A stretch of DNA of 64,000 nt from Moniliella sp. 'wahieum'. Lineage: Eukaryota. Location: NCBI GenBank assembly GCA_003971905.1, contig RSEE01000059.1, positions 62,001-126,000 on the forward strand, written 5' to 3'. Under the pieces are notes generated by a model that saw nothing but the letters and a program-made list of their open reading frames with translations, did no database searches and had not been told where the DNA came from. The position numbers and the translations under genes are program-made. Of this stretch, positions 39,091 through 51,835 are shown piece after piece (the first letter of the stretch is position 1; each line of letters starts with the position of its first letter).

Positions 39091-41492
39091 ATGGCCGATG
39101 CCGTCAACCATTGGCTGGCGGGCTTCAAGCTGCACCCTGCCCCCCTCGTCGACACCCCCGAGGCAGCGGCGACCCAGCCGGAACCAGCGCACTACCCTGA
39201 CATCTCCAAAGCCACCACCACCACTACCTCCCACGAACATGCCATCTTGATGGAAAAATCGCTCAAGAGTGAAAGCCATGAACTGCCCCACACGGCCGAG
39301 TTGCATGGCCACTACGTCGAGATGATGGATGGACGGTACACATCCTCCTGGAAGATATTGCCCCGCCCGAAGAAGGTTTGCATCGCAAGTTGAGCCAGTT
39401 CCACATCCAGATGATTGCGTTTGGTGGCAGCATTGGCACGGGCTCTACATTGGTTCGGGATCGGTTTATGCCAGTGGGGGTCCGGGGTTCCTCATTCTGG
39501 ACTATTGCTTGATTGGGTCCATGTTGTATTGCGTCGTGATGTGCCTGGGTGAGCTGGCAGTAATCTTCCCTGTGTCCGGCTCCTTTTCCACCTACTCGAC
39601 CCGTTTCATCTCCCCCCCTGGGGATTCGCCATGGGCTGGAACTGTAGGTCCCAATACTACCCTTTCCCTGCTCTCTGTTTCCTATGTTCTGTGCCATGGC
39701 ATGTACTCACCCATCCCGCTCCTCTTCCAAAACCACAGACTGGATGCAATGGTTCGTCACGCTCCCCCTTGAACTGGTGGCAGCGACGATCATCATTCAC
39801 TTTTTGGGACCGTGAGGAACACATCACCCCCGGCGTGTGGGTAATCATCTGTTGGATCGTCATTGCCGTGATCAACATCTTTGGTGTTCGTGGCTATGGG
39901 GACTTTGAGGTGTTTGGCTCGGTGATCAAGATGATGTACGTATGCATACTAATGCAGTAGGATGCGTTAGTGGCTGTATTACAATCGGGTACTGACCTCT
40001 TTTCCTCTCCCTATTCCTTGCTTGCTCTGCGCTTCGCTCCGGATAGCATGACTGTGGGGTTCATCATAGTTGGGATTGTGATTACAGCAGGAGGCGCACC
40101 CAACCACGACGCGGTCGGATTGCGGTATTGAACCACAATGGCGCGTTCCTCAATGGCTTCAAGGGCTTCTGTTCCGTCCTGGTCAGTGCCGCCTTCAGTT
40201 TTTCGGGCACCGAGATGATTGGCATCACGGCAGCCGAGACGATCAATCCGCGTAAGGCGGTGCCTAAGGCGGCTCGCCAAGTGTTTTGCGCATCATGCTC
40301 TTTTACGTCGATCGCTGTTTATCGTCACTCTCAACATCAGTCCCATGAACCAGGTTTGGTCGAGGGAGGCACCAACGACCCCAACAGTTCCCCCTTTGTA
40401 CTGGTCATCAAACAGGCTCAGATTCATGCTTTGCCGTCAATCGTCAACGCGGTCATTCTCATTTCTTCCCTCTCTGTTGGAAACACGTCCACATATGGAG
40501 CCAGCCGGTACGTCTCCCCCCCCCTCCCCTCTCTTTTCAGGAGATGCATGGGGAATGCTGCTAACCTCCACATGTGCTTCCCTCACAGCACCCTGGTTGC
40601 GCTTGCTCAGAATGGCCAGGCGCCACGCTGGTTTTCCTATGTCGACCGGGAGGTCGGCCAATGCCGGCAGTAGCACTTTCGCTCAGTTTTGGTTTCCTCG
40701 CCTTCCTGGTCTATTCGACAAGTTCCGAAGACGTGTTCAATTGGCTCTTGGCACTCAGTGGCTTGGCAGTCATCTTCTCCTGGGGTATGTATAATCACTT
40801 TTCCCTCCCCCTTCGTGAATGCGTTCGAGGTGCCGATCCTAAACTGACTCTGGGACCTCCTGCTATCCTGTATTTTTGACTACTGTTTAGGCACGGTGTG
40901 CATTTGCCACGTTCGTTTCCGTGCTGCCTGGAAGGCAGCCGGCCGTCCGCTTGAGCTGATTCCCTGGCGCTCTCCCGTAGGGGTGATCGGTGCGCTGTAT
41001 GGTATCTTGATGTACGTATGGGTTCCTGAAGCGAGATGGGACGGTATGAAGCTTAATTGCAGAGTGCTGACCTCGCTTTCTCTTTCTGTTTTATACATCT
41101 GATCGCCCGTTGGTGTGAACAGTAACGTTCTCGTCCTCGTCTTTCAAGCGATCATTGCCATTGCGCCCATTGGCGCCGACACCCAGACGGGCAGCGAGCG
41201 AGCCGTGACGTTTTTCCAAGCTTACCTCGCCGTGCCCGTCGTGGTGGTATTTTTGTTTTTCGGCGAGATGGATTGGGAGGCGGTTTCCGCTCGCCATGGG
41301 AGGTCAAGTACCTTGGCACCACACCCATCTGGTACGGTCCGCATCACTGGTGGCTCCACTCCTGGGTGCACCAAGAAGACATTGATCTCGATACGGGCCG
41401 ACGGGACGCGCCCAGTCTCCAACAACTCGATGCCGAACGTGAAGCCGCACGACAGCTCCCACTATGGAAAAGGTGTTGGATTTTTCTTTTAA
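39091..41492 (+). CDS. Amino acid permease (APC/YAT family, GAP1-like), multi-intron
   Basis: HIQMIAFGGSIGTGLYIGSG, LGELAVIFPVSGSFSTYSTRF, INIFGVRGYG, GFKGFCSVLVSAAFSFSGTEM..AAET.NPRKAVPKA, SPFV, FNWLLALSGL, ICHVRFRAAW and DIDLDTGRR. Confidence 0.92.
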
Positions 41493-42123
41493 CTTCAATC
41501 AATCGGACCGATTTGGTTTTGGTTGGTTGGTTTGTATATCCCATCCCATCCCCCCCTCCCGCTTTCCCCGCACTATCATACCCGTGGCGTGTGTCTCTAT
41601 GCTTTTCGCGCGTCCCCCCCTGGTCTCCTCGCCACGTGGTACCCGACTACTACCCCTCCGTTTGGCCGTGTGAATAGTGTCATGTTTTACTCAATACCGT
41701 GGTGTAACGATATCTCTCCATCTATCGTATCTATCTCTTTTCCTCCTCATTGCCTTGTCGTGCACAACTGAAGGCTATATACGCGGTTGAGGAAGAGATT
41801 TGTATAGCCTGCATAATGTGTGTGCATCGTATGCGTGCTATGTGGAATCCAACTGTGTAACTTGGGCTCTACTTTACCCATCTTTCCCGTCCTCCCTTTC
41901 ACAGCCATACTCTACTGAATCCAACAGAAGAAGTACTTTGGAAACTCTTCTGCAAAACGAAATGGCTCTTCATCCCCGACCAGAAGCTCGCGAATCGAGC
42001 TCATCCACTACGACCAGTACTGATGCCATACGAAACAGTATCATTAATCCTTTGGCGCGCTGATCTATATGGGTTTCCTTCCGGATTGGACTTATCAAGC
42101 TTCAAGGGCTTCGTTAACGTCTT

Positions 42124-42222
42124 GTCGGGTTAGCTCAGATGGGAGAGCGTGAGATTGAAGCGACTTCAGTACCAGATCCTTAGGATTCCTCAAGGTCCCC
42201 GGTTCGATCCCGGGACACGACA
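42124..42222 (+). tRNA. tRNA-Phe(GAA) with intron after position 37 (about 42161-42186)
   Basis: GTCGGGT TAGCTCAGATGGGAGAGC D arm, TT-GAA-G anticodon loop, an intron containing CTTCAG complementary to the anticodon loop, GGTTCGATCC T arm, ACACGAC-A 3' stem, then a T5 Pol III terminator. Confidence 0.9.
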
Positions 42223-43656
42223 CTTTTTGCGATAGTCCTCAAGGCATGTTGTCGTCGGGGACCATTTTGCTAGAGTACGACTTGGGAGCACTCGCAATAG
42301 CATCCTTCAGTCAAGGAGGGACGCTTCAATGAAGGGAAGGAGAGGGGGAGGGGAGAGAGAGGAGCGAGCAGCGAGTAGCGATCATTGATCATCGCGATCC
42401 TCATCGTATCCTGTTTTGAAAAATCCCCTGTTGGCCCGACAAATAGTCACTATAGTACTAGTCACTAGTCACTAGAGAAACGTAAGCTTAAAGCTTAACT
42501 AGCCTATTGCTATTGGTAGCCCATGTCGGAGAAAAGCGAGATCTGTCAGAAGGCCAGTGGCAAAGCACCTGCGGCCTGCATGGTTGACCCTACGGAACGT
42601 GTATATAGAACGCGGGGGGGACCGGGGGCTGGTTGTGCGTTTTACGCCGCCCCATTCACGTGATCGTAGTGATCAATTCGTCCTCAGTGTCACGCTCCCA
42701 TTTCCAATTTCTTCGTCCCGAGAGCGTCTCGAGCAACTTGCCCTGTTCTATGTTGTCCCGCTTCGCTAGCACCAGGGTCATCTTTCTTCTCTCTTTTTTG
42801 CTTCCCCCAACGGCCCACGAACGACTGCCACCTCCCTGGAAGCTTGACCACTCGTATCGACTGTGGTCTCCCTGGCGTTATACGCGTTACGACTGTGCCG
42901 TGTCGCATGTGTCACGCAGGGTCAAACAACGGCGGCAATATCCAAGGCAGATGATGCGGATGACGATGACGCGGGTGCGATGACAGGTTGGGATCACCAG
43001 TGTGGGTTGGTTGGATTTGCATCCATCTCGACAGTGTGTGTTGGTGGTTGGAGTGTGCCCCTTGCGCGTTGAGGTTGTGTGCAGCGGCCCGAGATCGATG
43101 GTGATTCAACTGGGGGTTCAACGTTCAACGTTCAACCCCCCCCCAGAGTGGTGCTGGGCGGGGGAAGGGGATGGATGACGTGATGGGGAGGGAGAGTGGG
43201 GGCTGGGGCGGGGGCATGTGACGGGTGACATGGGGCAGGGGCAGGGGGAGGGAGGGCGTGGGTGTGATATGGCGGTGTGATGGGCGTGTGACAGGTGCCC
43301 GGTGGCCTGCATGCCGCACACCGCCAGGCTGCCAGGGGGCGGGGGGCATTGGGGCATGGATGCTGTGCTGCGGTGCTGTGCTGTGCTGTGGCGGCGGTGG
43401 CGGCTGGGGGCGCGTGGAGATTGAACGTTCAGCTCGCACGCCAGCGGCGCCCATCCCCCCATCGCGGCCACCCCCCCACCGCTCAGCTCGGCGGCTGCTC
43501 CCGCTGCTTGCGCTGCCTTGCGCGTGTCCTTGCGTGTGGCCACTCCACTGCCACTGCGCCTGCCATTCCCACTGCCCTCGCCATCTCCCCCTCCCTCCCC
43601 TCCATCTCCCCCTCCATCTCCCCCCTCCATCTCCCCCCCGCCATCTCCCCCCCGCC

Positions 43657-46600
43657 ATGACCATGAACGACAAGCGCACCGCCGCCTTTGAGAGCATCTT
43701 TGGCCGCCCCTCCCCCCCCCTCCAAGCCCCTGCCCCCCCACACTCCCCGCCCACTGCTGCCCCCGCCCCTCCAAGACGCCCCTCGCGCCCATCAACACCT
43801 CCCTCGCCCCCTCCCCTCCGCCTCCGCCTCCGCCTTGGCCTCCCCGCCCACCGCGCCCCCGCGCCACTCGGCCCCCGTCCTGCCCCCGGCCGGCGCCTAC
43901 TACTACGCCCCGCCGCCCCCCGTCCAGCGCTGGTCCTCCGCCCTCACCTCCTCCGCCTCCAGCTTCGACTCCCCCAGCCCCCTCCCATCCCCGCCCTCCG
44001 CCGCAACCCGTGCCTTGTACGACGCACCCCCATCCCGCCCACCACCAATCTCTACTCCTGGCCCACCACCGCCTCCCCCAGCAGCACTGACCTGCCTCCG
44101 CCCCCGCCCCCGGACGGCCATGCCGAGTGGGCGGCGCCCCCTTTCCCACAGCCCTCTGCCTCTTCGCGCAGACCCGGCCACCATTCCCGCTCCTCGTCTA
44201 CCGCTACCGCCACCACCATCCCGCCCCCTGCCACCACCTCGGGCGCCCTCCCACTTGATACCACCCATCCCCCCGGCCTGCCGTCCCTCTCAACCGCCAG
44301 CTCACGCAGTTCCAGCTTTGCCTGGCCCAGCATGTACCCCGGTGCGCCCCTCTCGGCACTTGCTTCCGCCATGGCCGGCGGCGTCCCCCTGGACCAGGCT
44401 CCTCCGCCCGTCTTGCTGGCTTCGTGGGAGCCACAGCCGCCTCACTCTGCGTCTTCTCACCCGCCCGTATCTGCCGCGGCGCTTCGCGCGTCCCGACGCG
44501 CTTCCGACGCGTCTTCGGTTTTGACGCCATCTCCACCCCCCGCTCTCCAGCACCGCCGCCGACTTGCTGCGCACTACCCCCCGCGCAGATCCTATCGACT
44601 ACGACGGCTTGGCTGCCTCCACCTCGCGACTCTCCCTCTCCCGCAACAGCAGTGGCGCCAGTAGCGGCGTTCCACCATGGTCGAGCAGCGCAAGTGGAGG
44701 GTTGGGAACTCACGCCGGCGCCGCTGGCTCCTCGGGCCTGCGTGCCCTCACGCCCTACACCTCTTCCCACTCCATACCCGCCACCAGCTCCGATGCTTCC
44801 CCGCCTACCTTTGCCCCCCCCGTTCCTGCGCACCCTCGGCCAAGTCCCTTCCCAACACGCTGCAGCACCATTGGGATCAGATTACTGGCCGTCGTCGCCG
44901 CACCTCTGCTGCTGCTACGGTTGCGGCCACCGCTGCCGCCGCCGCCTCGGCAGCCCATCCCCCTCCCGCCTCGGGCCTTACTCCCACCACGGGCTCCCCT
45001 TCCTCCCGCAGTCAAGTCGCCTCTTCCTATTCCCCCCGCGGTGCGCCTTCCAATCTGCCCCCTCTACCTACCCCCGTGATAGCGTCAATACCAAGTGAGA
45101 CGAGCAAGGGCCGCGTCGGGGTCAAGGGTCCGCAACCGTACGGAGCGTCGATTTCCTCCCCCTCTTCCGTTTCGGCAGCAGGAGCTGGCATCTACCCAGC
45201 TTTGATTTCCCAAGTGGCGCGCGCGTTCCAAGAGCGTGTGCCTGTATCTGAGCGCTCCAAGGACGGGCTGAGGTACAAGGATGCATTTGAGGGTCGTGTG
45301 GCGGTGGACAAGCTCTGTCAGATCATTCGTACCTCTGATCGCAACTTGGCGCTCTTGGTCGGCCGGGCACTGGATGCACAAAAGTTGTTTCACGACGTGA
45401 CGTACGACCATCGTCTGCGCGACTCGGTTTGTTGAGCTCTATCAGTTCCGCGTCCGTCTTGCCCCGGACCTGGACATGCGCTGGCGCCCCCCAAAGCAGA
45501 CGAGATCGATGACCCTTCCTCCTCCTCGCTCGCACTGGGATCCGATACGTCTACCCCGGTTGCGAGTGCGGTTACGGGTTCGGTCCCGGTCCCGGTCCCG
45601 GTTGCCCAGGACCAGGAGGACGGGTTGCCAACATCCGTTTTCACCCTCTTGACCGAATGCTACTCGCCTACCTGCAGCGGCGAGCGGCTGTGTTATTCTA
45701 TTACCTGTCCCCGCAGGCTGGAACAGCAAGCCCGTCTCCACGGCCGCTTGTCCCGGTCTACTTCCGCGTCCGTGCCCACCCGTTCGGCCTTGGGTTTGGT
45801 CCGAGGTACCGAGGGAGGCAGGACGCTTCCTGCCTTGCCCTCTACTCCTCCTCCCTCTTCTCTCCCACGACGGCGCCCGGTGCGGAGGTCAATGGCCATG
45901 GCCATGGCCACCTCGACGGTTCGGTGGTGGAACATGACTCGGACGATGACGATGTGACGTCGGGAGCGCTGTGGGCCGAGTCGGTGCCGGCGGATGTACT
46001 GGGTTCTGTGCCTGAGAAAGAGAGGAAACGACAAGAACTGATCAACGAGGTGGTGGTGACCGAGCGCAACTTTGTGCGCGACATGGAATACTTGCGCACC
46101 GAGTGGCTCATCCCGCTCCGTTCCCGCCCGCCCCGATGTCATCCCAGCATACAAGCGGGACGATTTTGTAACGCAACTGTTTTGGAACGTGACGGAGATT
46201 TTGGCGGTGCACCAAAAATTTTGCGAAGCGTTGGTACAGCGTACCAAGCGGGCGTACGTGGTGGACCGGATTGCAGATATCTTTCGTACGTGGGTACCGA
46301 TGTTTGAACCGTTTGTGCGGTACGGCGCGCATCAGCTGTATGGCAAATACGAGTTTGAGCAAGAAAAGAGTACCAATCCTGCGTTTGCCAAGTTTGTCGA
46401 CCAGACCGAACGGCGTCCTGCTGCGCGCAAACTCGAATTGAATGGGTACCTGACCAAACCCGTCACTCGCCTCGCTCGTTACCCGCTTCTGCTCCACCAA
46501 ATCCTCAACATACACCCCGCCTGACCACCCTGACGCCGCCGACCTGCCCGAGGTGATCGACTTGATCAAGCAACTGCTCAGCCGGGTCAACTCCGAGACC

Positions 46601-49053
46601 GGCTTATCTGCCAACCGATTCAACTTGGCCCAACTGGACCAGCAACTGGTCTTCAAGCCTGGCGAGGCTGTCGATCTCCGCCTCCGCGATCCGTCCCGCC
46701 AACTCGTCTTTCGCGGCACGTTGAAACGTAGGGCCGGCGTGCCCTCGTCCGAGTCGGCAGAACTACAGGTGTTCTTATTTGATCATGCTTTGCTCTTGAC
46801 CAAGCCCAAGGTGATCAATAAGCAGGAACTCTTTAAAGTTTCTCGCAAGGTACGTTGGCCTCCTGCTTTGCCTTTTGTTGCGGCACTTCTGACGTTTTCT
46901 TTTGGTTGTTTCGTTGTTTTACTTTGTTGTTTTGCTTTGTTGTTTGCTTTGGATTTCGTGGGAACTAGCCCATGCCGCTGGAACTGCTGGTGGTGACGGT
47001 GTACGACGAGCTGCCGTTGACGGGCAAGACGAACCAGACCCGGGTCCGGACCACGACCACGCGCCTTTCGACGGGCCAACGACTGGAGAGTGTGATCCTC
47101 ACTGGTGCGCCGAAACAAGATGCCAAGCAAGGCTATGCGCTGACGCTCACCTACCTCGGGCGAAAAGGGTATACGCTCACCCTGTGGGCGCCCACCTACA
47201 TGGCCCGACAAAAGTGGTTTGATCAAATCGAGCAGCAGCAGGACCTGCTCCGTGCCCGCAGCAACATTTTTACCGTCGTCACCTTACACTCGCCTTCTCC
47301 TCCCTCGCCTACTACCTCCCCCACCCACCCCAGCTCTTCCTCGTCCACCTCTCACTCCAACGGCGTCGAACCGGGGAATGCAGTGTCCCCACCTCCTCTC
47401 CGCGCGACCTGTGCCGTCCCCTTCGATTTCGGTCGGCGCATCGTCGTGGCGCACAGGACGGGGTGTACCTCTCTGAGCTGCGCCAAGGCGCACGACCACC
47501 AACCAAAGTCTTACCCTTGGCCAATGTGACCCAGATCGATGTCCTAGAAGAATTCCAGGTGCTCATCGTCCTTGCCGATCGGACCTTGCACACATTTCTC
47601 CTCGATGGCCTGGACCCGCACGATCCCGTCGCCAGCCTCAAGCGCGGGAGACGGATTCAAGGCCTAGTCACCTTTTTCCGCGTCGGCGTCTGCTTGGGTC
47701 GAACGTTGGTGTGTGTAGTCAAGTCCTCCCCGTTGCCCAGCTCCACTATCCGCACCCTTGAACCCGTCCCTGTCCCCACCCCATCCGCCCGCTCCCACGA
47801 CCACCATCCCCGTCCCCCCGCGCACGAGACCACGGAAAGCGCCGATGGACTCGCTTCGCTCCCCACGCGGAGCGCGAGCGGCAGCGGGGGCGGGGGCGAA
47901 AGCGGGAGTGGCAGTGGAATGGGCAGTCTGCGTTCACGGTCCAAGAAACGCACTGGGTCACAGTTACACAAACTGTTCCCTGGTGCGCCGACACACTCTA
48001 CGACGCTTTCCCCCTCCAGTGGGCTGGGGGGCACGTTTGGTCCCAAGACGAGCGAAGCGTTACGGGTGTTTAAGGAATTTTATATCCCCATGGAGTCGAC
48101 CTCGGTCCACTTTCTCAAGACCAAACTCTGCATTGCGGCCACCAAAGGATTCGAAATCGTTGATTTGGAAACGCTCGATACTCAGGCCCTCTTGGACCCG
48201 GCTGACCCGTCGTTGGACTTTGTCTTTCGCAAGGAATCCCTTAAACCCATTGCTATCTACCGCATTCACCGTGAATTTTTGCTCTGCTACGATGGTGCGT
48301 ATTTCTTCCTGGCCCTGATCGCTGCGAGCTGCTCGCTGCGAGCTGGACAGTGCAGCAATCCAGCGATTGGAGAGACAGAGAGAGGAGAGACGGAGAGACT
48401 GACCTAGCCCCTGTTTCGCACAGAATTTGCGTTTTACGTCAACAAGACAGGCTGGCGTGCGCGGGGCAACTGGATGGTTCAATGGGAAGGACATCCTACT
48501 GCGTTTGCACTCCACTTTCCTTATTTGCTGGCGTTTGAACCGTCGTTTATTGAGGTGCGCCACGTGGGCTCGGGCGCACTGCACCAAGTCATCACCGGTA
48601 CCGCAATCAAGTGCCTCTTCTCGGACGTGCCCCCGGCCCCGCCCCCGGCTCAACAGGCCGCTCTACGTGCACTTTATGCTCAGTTTAACTCTCTCCAGCA
48701 GCAGCAGCAGCAGCAGCACACAACAACAACAACAACCGAATTTGCTGTCCACCACGTCCTCTCGCACCCCGCCATCCCCAAACTACGCCTTTACACCGCT
48801 GCCGGGACATGTACCCCTGGCACCTTCGGGGGGGACGGTGGGGTTGCCTCCGATGCCAACGCCGATGCCAACGTCGACGCCAACGTCCATGTCGATGCCC
48901 ACGCCAATATCGATGCCCATGTCGATGTCGATGCCGATGCCGATGCCGATCCCTGTGAACCCAATGTGGGAATCGGCTCATGCGTCTCGCACGCCCATCG
49001 TGTTTGGCGCGGGTAACTCGGTATTTTACGTCCGCCGATCCAGCTCCAAGTAA
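43657..49053 (+). CDS. Rho1 guanine-nucleotide exchange factor (Rom2/Rgf1 type: DEP, DH, PH, CNH)
   Basis: DEP: KDGLRYKDAFEGRVAVD..DRNLALLVGRALDAQKLFHDVTYDHRLRDS, and VFTLLTECYSPTC..CYSITCPRRLEQQ. DH: ERKRQELINEVVVTERNFVRDM and RKLELNGYLTKPVTRLARYPLLL. PH: LFDHALL. CNH: FKEFYIP..FLKTKLCI and EFLLCYD. Confidence 0.93.
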
Positions 49054-49439
49054 CTCTGTACGTCTCATGTCTTGCGTCTTGCGTCGTGTGTCTTGCGTGT
49101 TGGGTCTTGCGTGCCAAGCCTCAATTCTCAACTCGCAAGTCCCACGACTTACGCGGTACGTGGTACGTGGTACGTGTCAAGTCTCAAGGCTCACATCTTG
49201 CGTGTCAAGTTTGGGTTCGGACCCGTTTGGTACCTCGCGGCCCGGGCATGCGGTGCGGGTGCGGGTGCTGGTGCGTACGTCGGTCGGATACGTAGATGGT
49301 GACCCTCGCTTTGGCGTGTTGGTGTCGGTGTCGGTGTCGGTGCCGGTGTCGGTGCCGGTTCGACGCCTACCCGAGTCTATCTATACCACGCCATCATGCG
49401 CCTCCTCGTCCCCGTCCTCGTCCTCCTCCCCGTCCCTGG

Positions 49440-49590
49440 CCCGTCCCCGTTGCCATCCTCACCCGATCCCCATCCCCATCCCCAATCGCATCCCCAATCG
49501 CATCCCCATCCCCTCCCCATCCCCATCCCCATCCTCATCCTCATCCTCATCCCCATCCCCATCCTCATCCTCATCCCCATCCCCATCCCC
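49440..49590 (+). repeat. (CATCCC/CATCCT)n hexamer microsatellite downstream of the RhoGEF
   Basis: Read directly from the sequence. Confidence 0.85.
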
Positions 49591-50221
49591 TTCTACCCTG
49601 CCGGGTTTCGATGCGAGACATGCTCCTTTTTTTTATTCCCTTGACCAGCTTGATCTTGGATCCGCTTGTCTCTGCCTCTCTGCCCCGCTGGGCCGTCCTG
49701 TCACGCGCGTTTTGCACCATGTTCTCTGTCCTTGTCGCCTGTGTCTCCATCGTCCTTTTGTATTTGGTGGTGGCACGTTGTTCCTCTTTCCTCCTCTTTC
49801 CCCTTTCCCGTTTCCCTTTCCCTTTCCCTTCTCTTCCCTCTCCTCCGTTTGATTCCGTCTGCTCTGTCCCCCGTTGTGCCTTGGGCCCCATCCATCATCT
49901 TCCCTCTCTCGCCCTGCTCCCCCCCTCACACTCACACGTCTTGGTGTCGGATCCTTTTTCAGCGCATCGTGTTCTGCATACTGTTTCCCCCATTTCTTCT
50001 TCTTCCCTGCTTGGGCGCCGGCTGGGCATGTAACTTGGTCTTTCTTCACCGTTTCCCTTTGGCGGCAAGTGGCAGCTAGCCGAAAGAGAGGCAAAAAAAA
50101 TATGATTACCCCGGCAGTCTTCCCCAATGCCACCTCCCCCTCAACCCCCCACCTAACCCCTTCTCCTGCTCAACGTGAGCGTAGCGTAGGATAGCGTAGC
50201 GTAGTGTCGCTCGCCTGGACC

Positions 50222-51318
50222 CTAGTACGTCTCGCCAACGCCCACGCCTTCCAGCGGCACGCCCTTGAGCCCCGTCAGGATCGCATCCAGTGCCTTAGTA
50301 TCTTGGTCGAGCGTGTTGGACAAGTGAACCAACCCCTTTTGCTGCTCAGCCAAGATCCGAGCCACTTTTTCCAACTGCGAAGCGTCCACCACGGCCCACT
50401 GCACTGCGCCGGGATCCGACTCGGCCCGCCGGCCGCACGCCGCGCTCGCACCGCCGCAATCTGCGCCCAGAGCTCATTCAACTTGGCGCGCAACCGGACA
50501 TTGCCATCGGGCACCGCTGCGCCCGACACGGACATGGTCGCCTCGCTACCTTCAATCAACGTTTCCAGCGTAGCCAACAGTGCTTGCAACCGATCTGCCT
50601 CGGCGCCAGCGTCGGTCAAGGGACGCGCGGCTGCGCCGGTCGGTGCGGCGCCTGCGGCAGTTTGGGTAAGCGTGGTGGCGGTCTGCATGCCACACGCGCT
50701 TCTTCGTCCGGTGCATCGGCCGGTTGCGGCGCAGGTAAGATGCCCACTTCGCGGCTGGCTGTGAGGCGGACGAGACGCATGATGCGCATGTGCAGAGCGG
50801 CTTGCGCTGAACGTGCCTTGCCGTACCGAATGACCGTGTGGAGGGTATGGTTCGTTTCCAACCCCCGAACCGATTCTTGTACCTGGGCCAAACGTGCTGC
50901 TTGCCGTTGCGCCTCGGCCAACTGCACTTTCCTTCGTTCGGCCAGGTCGCCAAACCCGACCCCGAGCACAGGCACAAGCCGCTCCGGTCCGGATTGCGCT
51001 GCACCGCATCCGACCATAACAAATCGTGTTCCCGTCCCACTGCGTCTGGACGCCGACCACGCTGACTGTGCCCCAACCCCATCCCTCCACCGGAACCCAA
51101 CCCCCCACGACCGAGGCAGAAGGTACCATCGCACCCATGCCTCCGCCACTGCCGCCGGCCATAACGGACGCAGCAGGCGTAGGATCCACATTGTAAAAGT
51201 ACCACAGGAACTGACACGTACGTATGTCAGCCGTGTTCCACCCCGCATAGATCTTGCCCAGGTCCACGTTCAGCGGCCGACCCAGTTGCTTGGTAGCGAC
51301 TAGAGAGGATGGGGCAGC

Positions 51319-51349
<31 letters not shown>

Positions 51350-51721
51350 GGTTGCTGGGGCTGTTGCTGAGCCGGCTGGCCAGGCCGGGGGGCACCAAAC
51401 AGCGAGGTAGAAGGCTGGGTCTGGCCAAACAGACCGGTGCCCTGATTAGCGGGCTGGGATTGGGCTTGGGGCTGGCCAAACAAGCCGGTGGAAGCTGAGC
51501 CAGGCTGGGACTGAGGTTGGCCAAAGAGGCCAGTGGAAGCAGATGCAGGCGCGGCCTGCGTTTGGCCAAACAGACCCGTCCCACCGCTGGCAGGCTGGGC
51601 TTGTGTTTGGCCAAACAGACCGGTGCTGGCGCCGGCGGCCGGCTGAGACGCGCCAAAGAGCGAGCCGCCCGCGGCGGGGGGCTTGGGCTGGCCAAAGAGC
51701 GAAGTAGCGGCTGGTTGCTGC

Positions 51722-51753
<32 letters not shown>

Positions 51754-51835
51754 CTGCTGCTGCGGCTGCTGTTGGGCCAAAGCCGCCAAAGCCAGTGAAG
51801 GAGGCGGCTGGCTTGGCTCCAAACCCAAACGACAT
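50222..51835 (-). CDS. NUP57: FG-nucleoporin Nup57/Nup54
   Basis: MSFGFGAKP start, multiple xLFGQ repeats, then CQFLWYFYN, W..AV..NPD...LVPVLGVGFGDLAER, LRAKLNELWAQ and LEKVARILAEQQKGLVHLSNTL. Confidence 0.88.
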
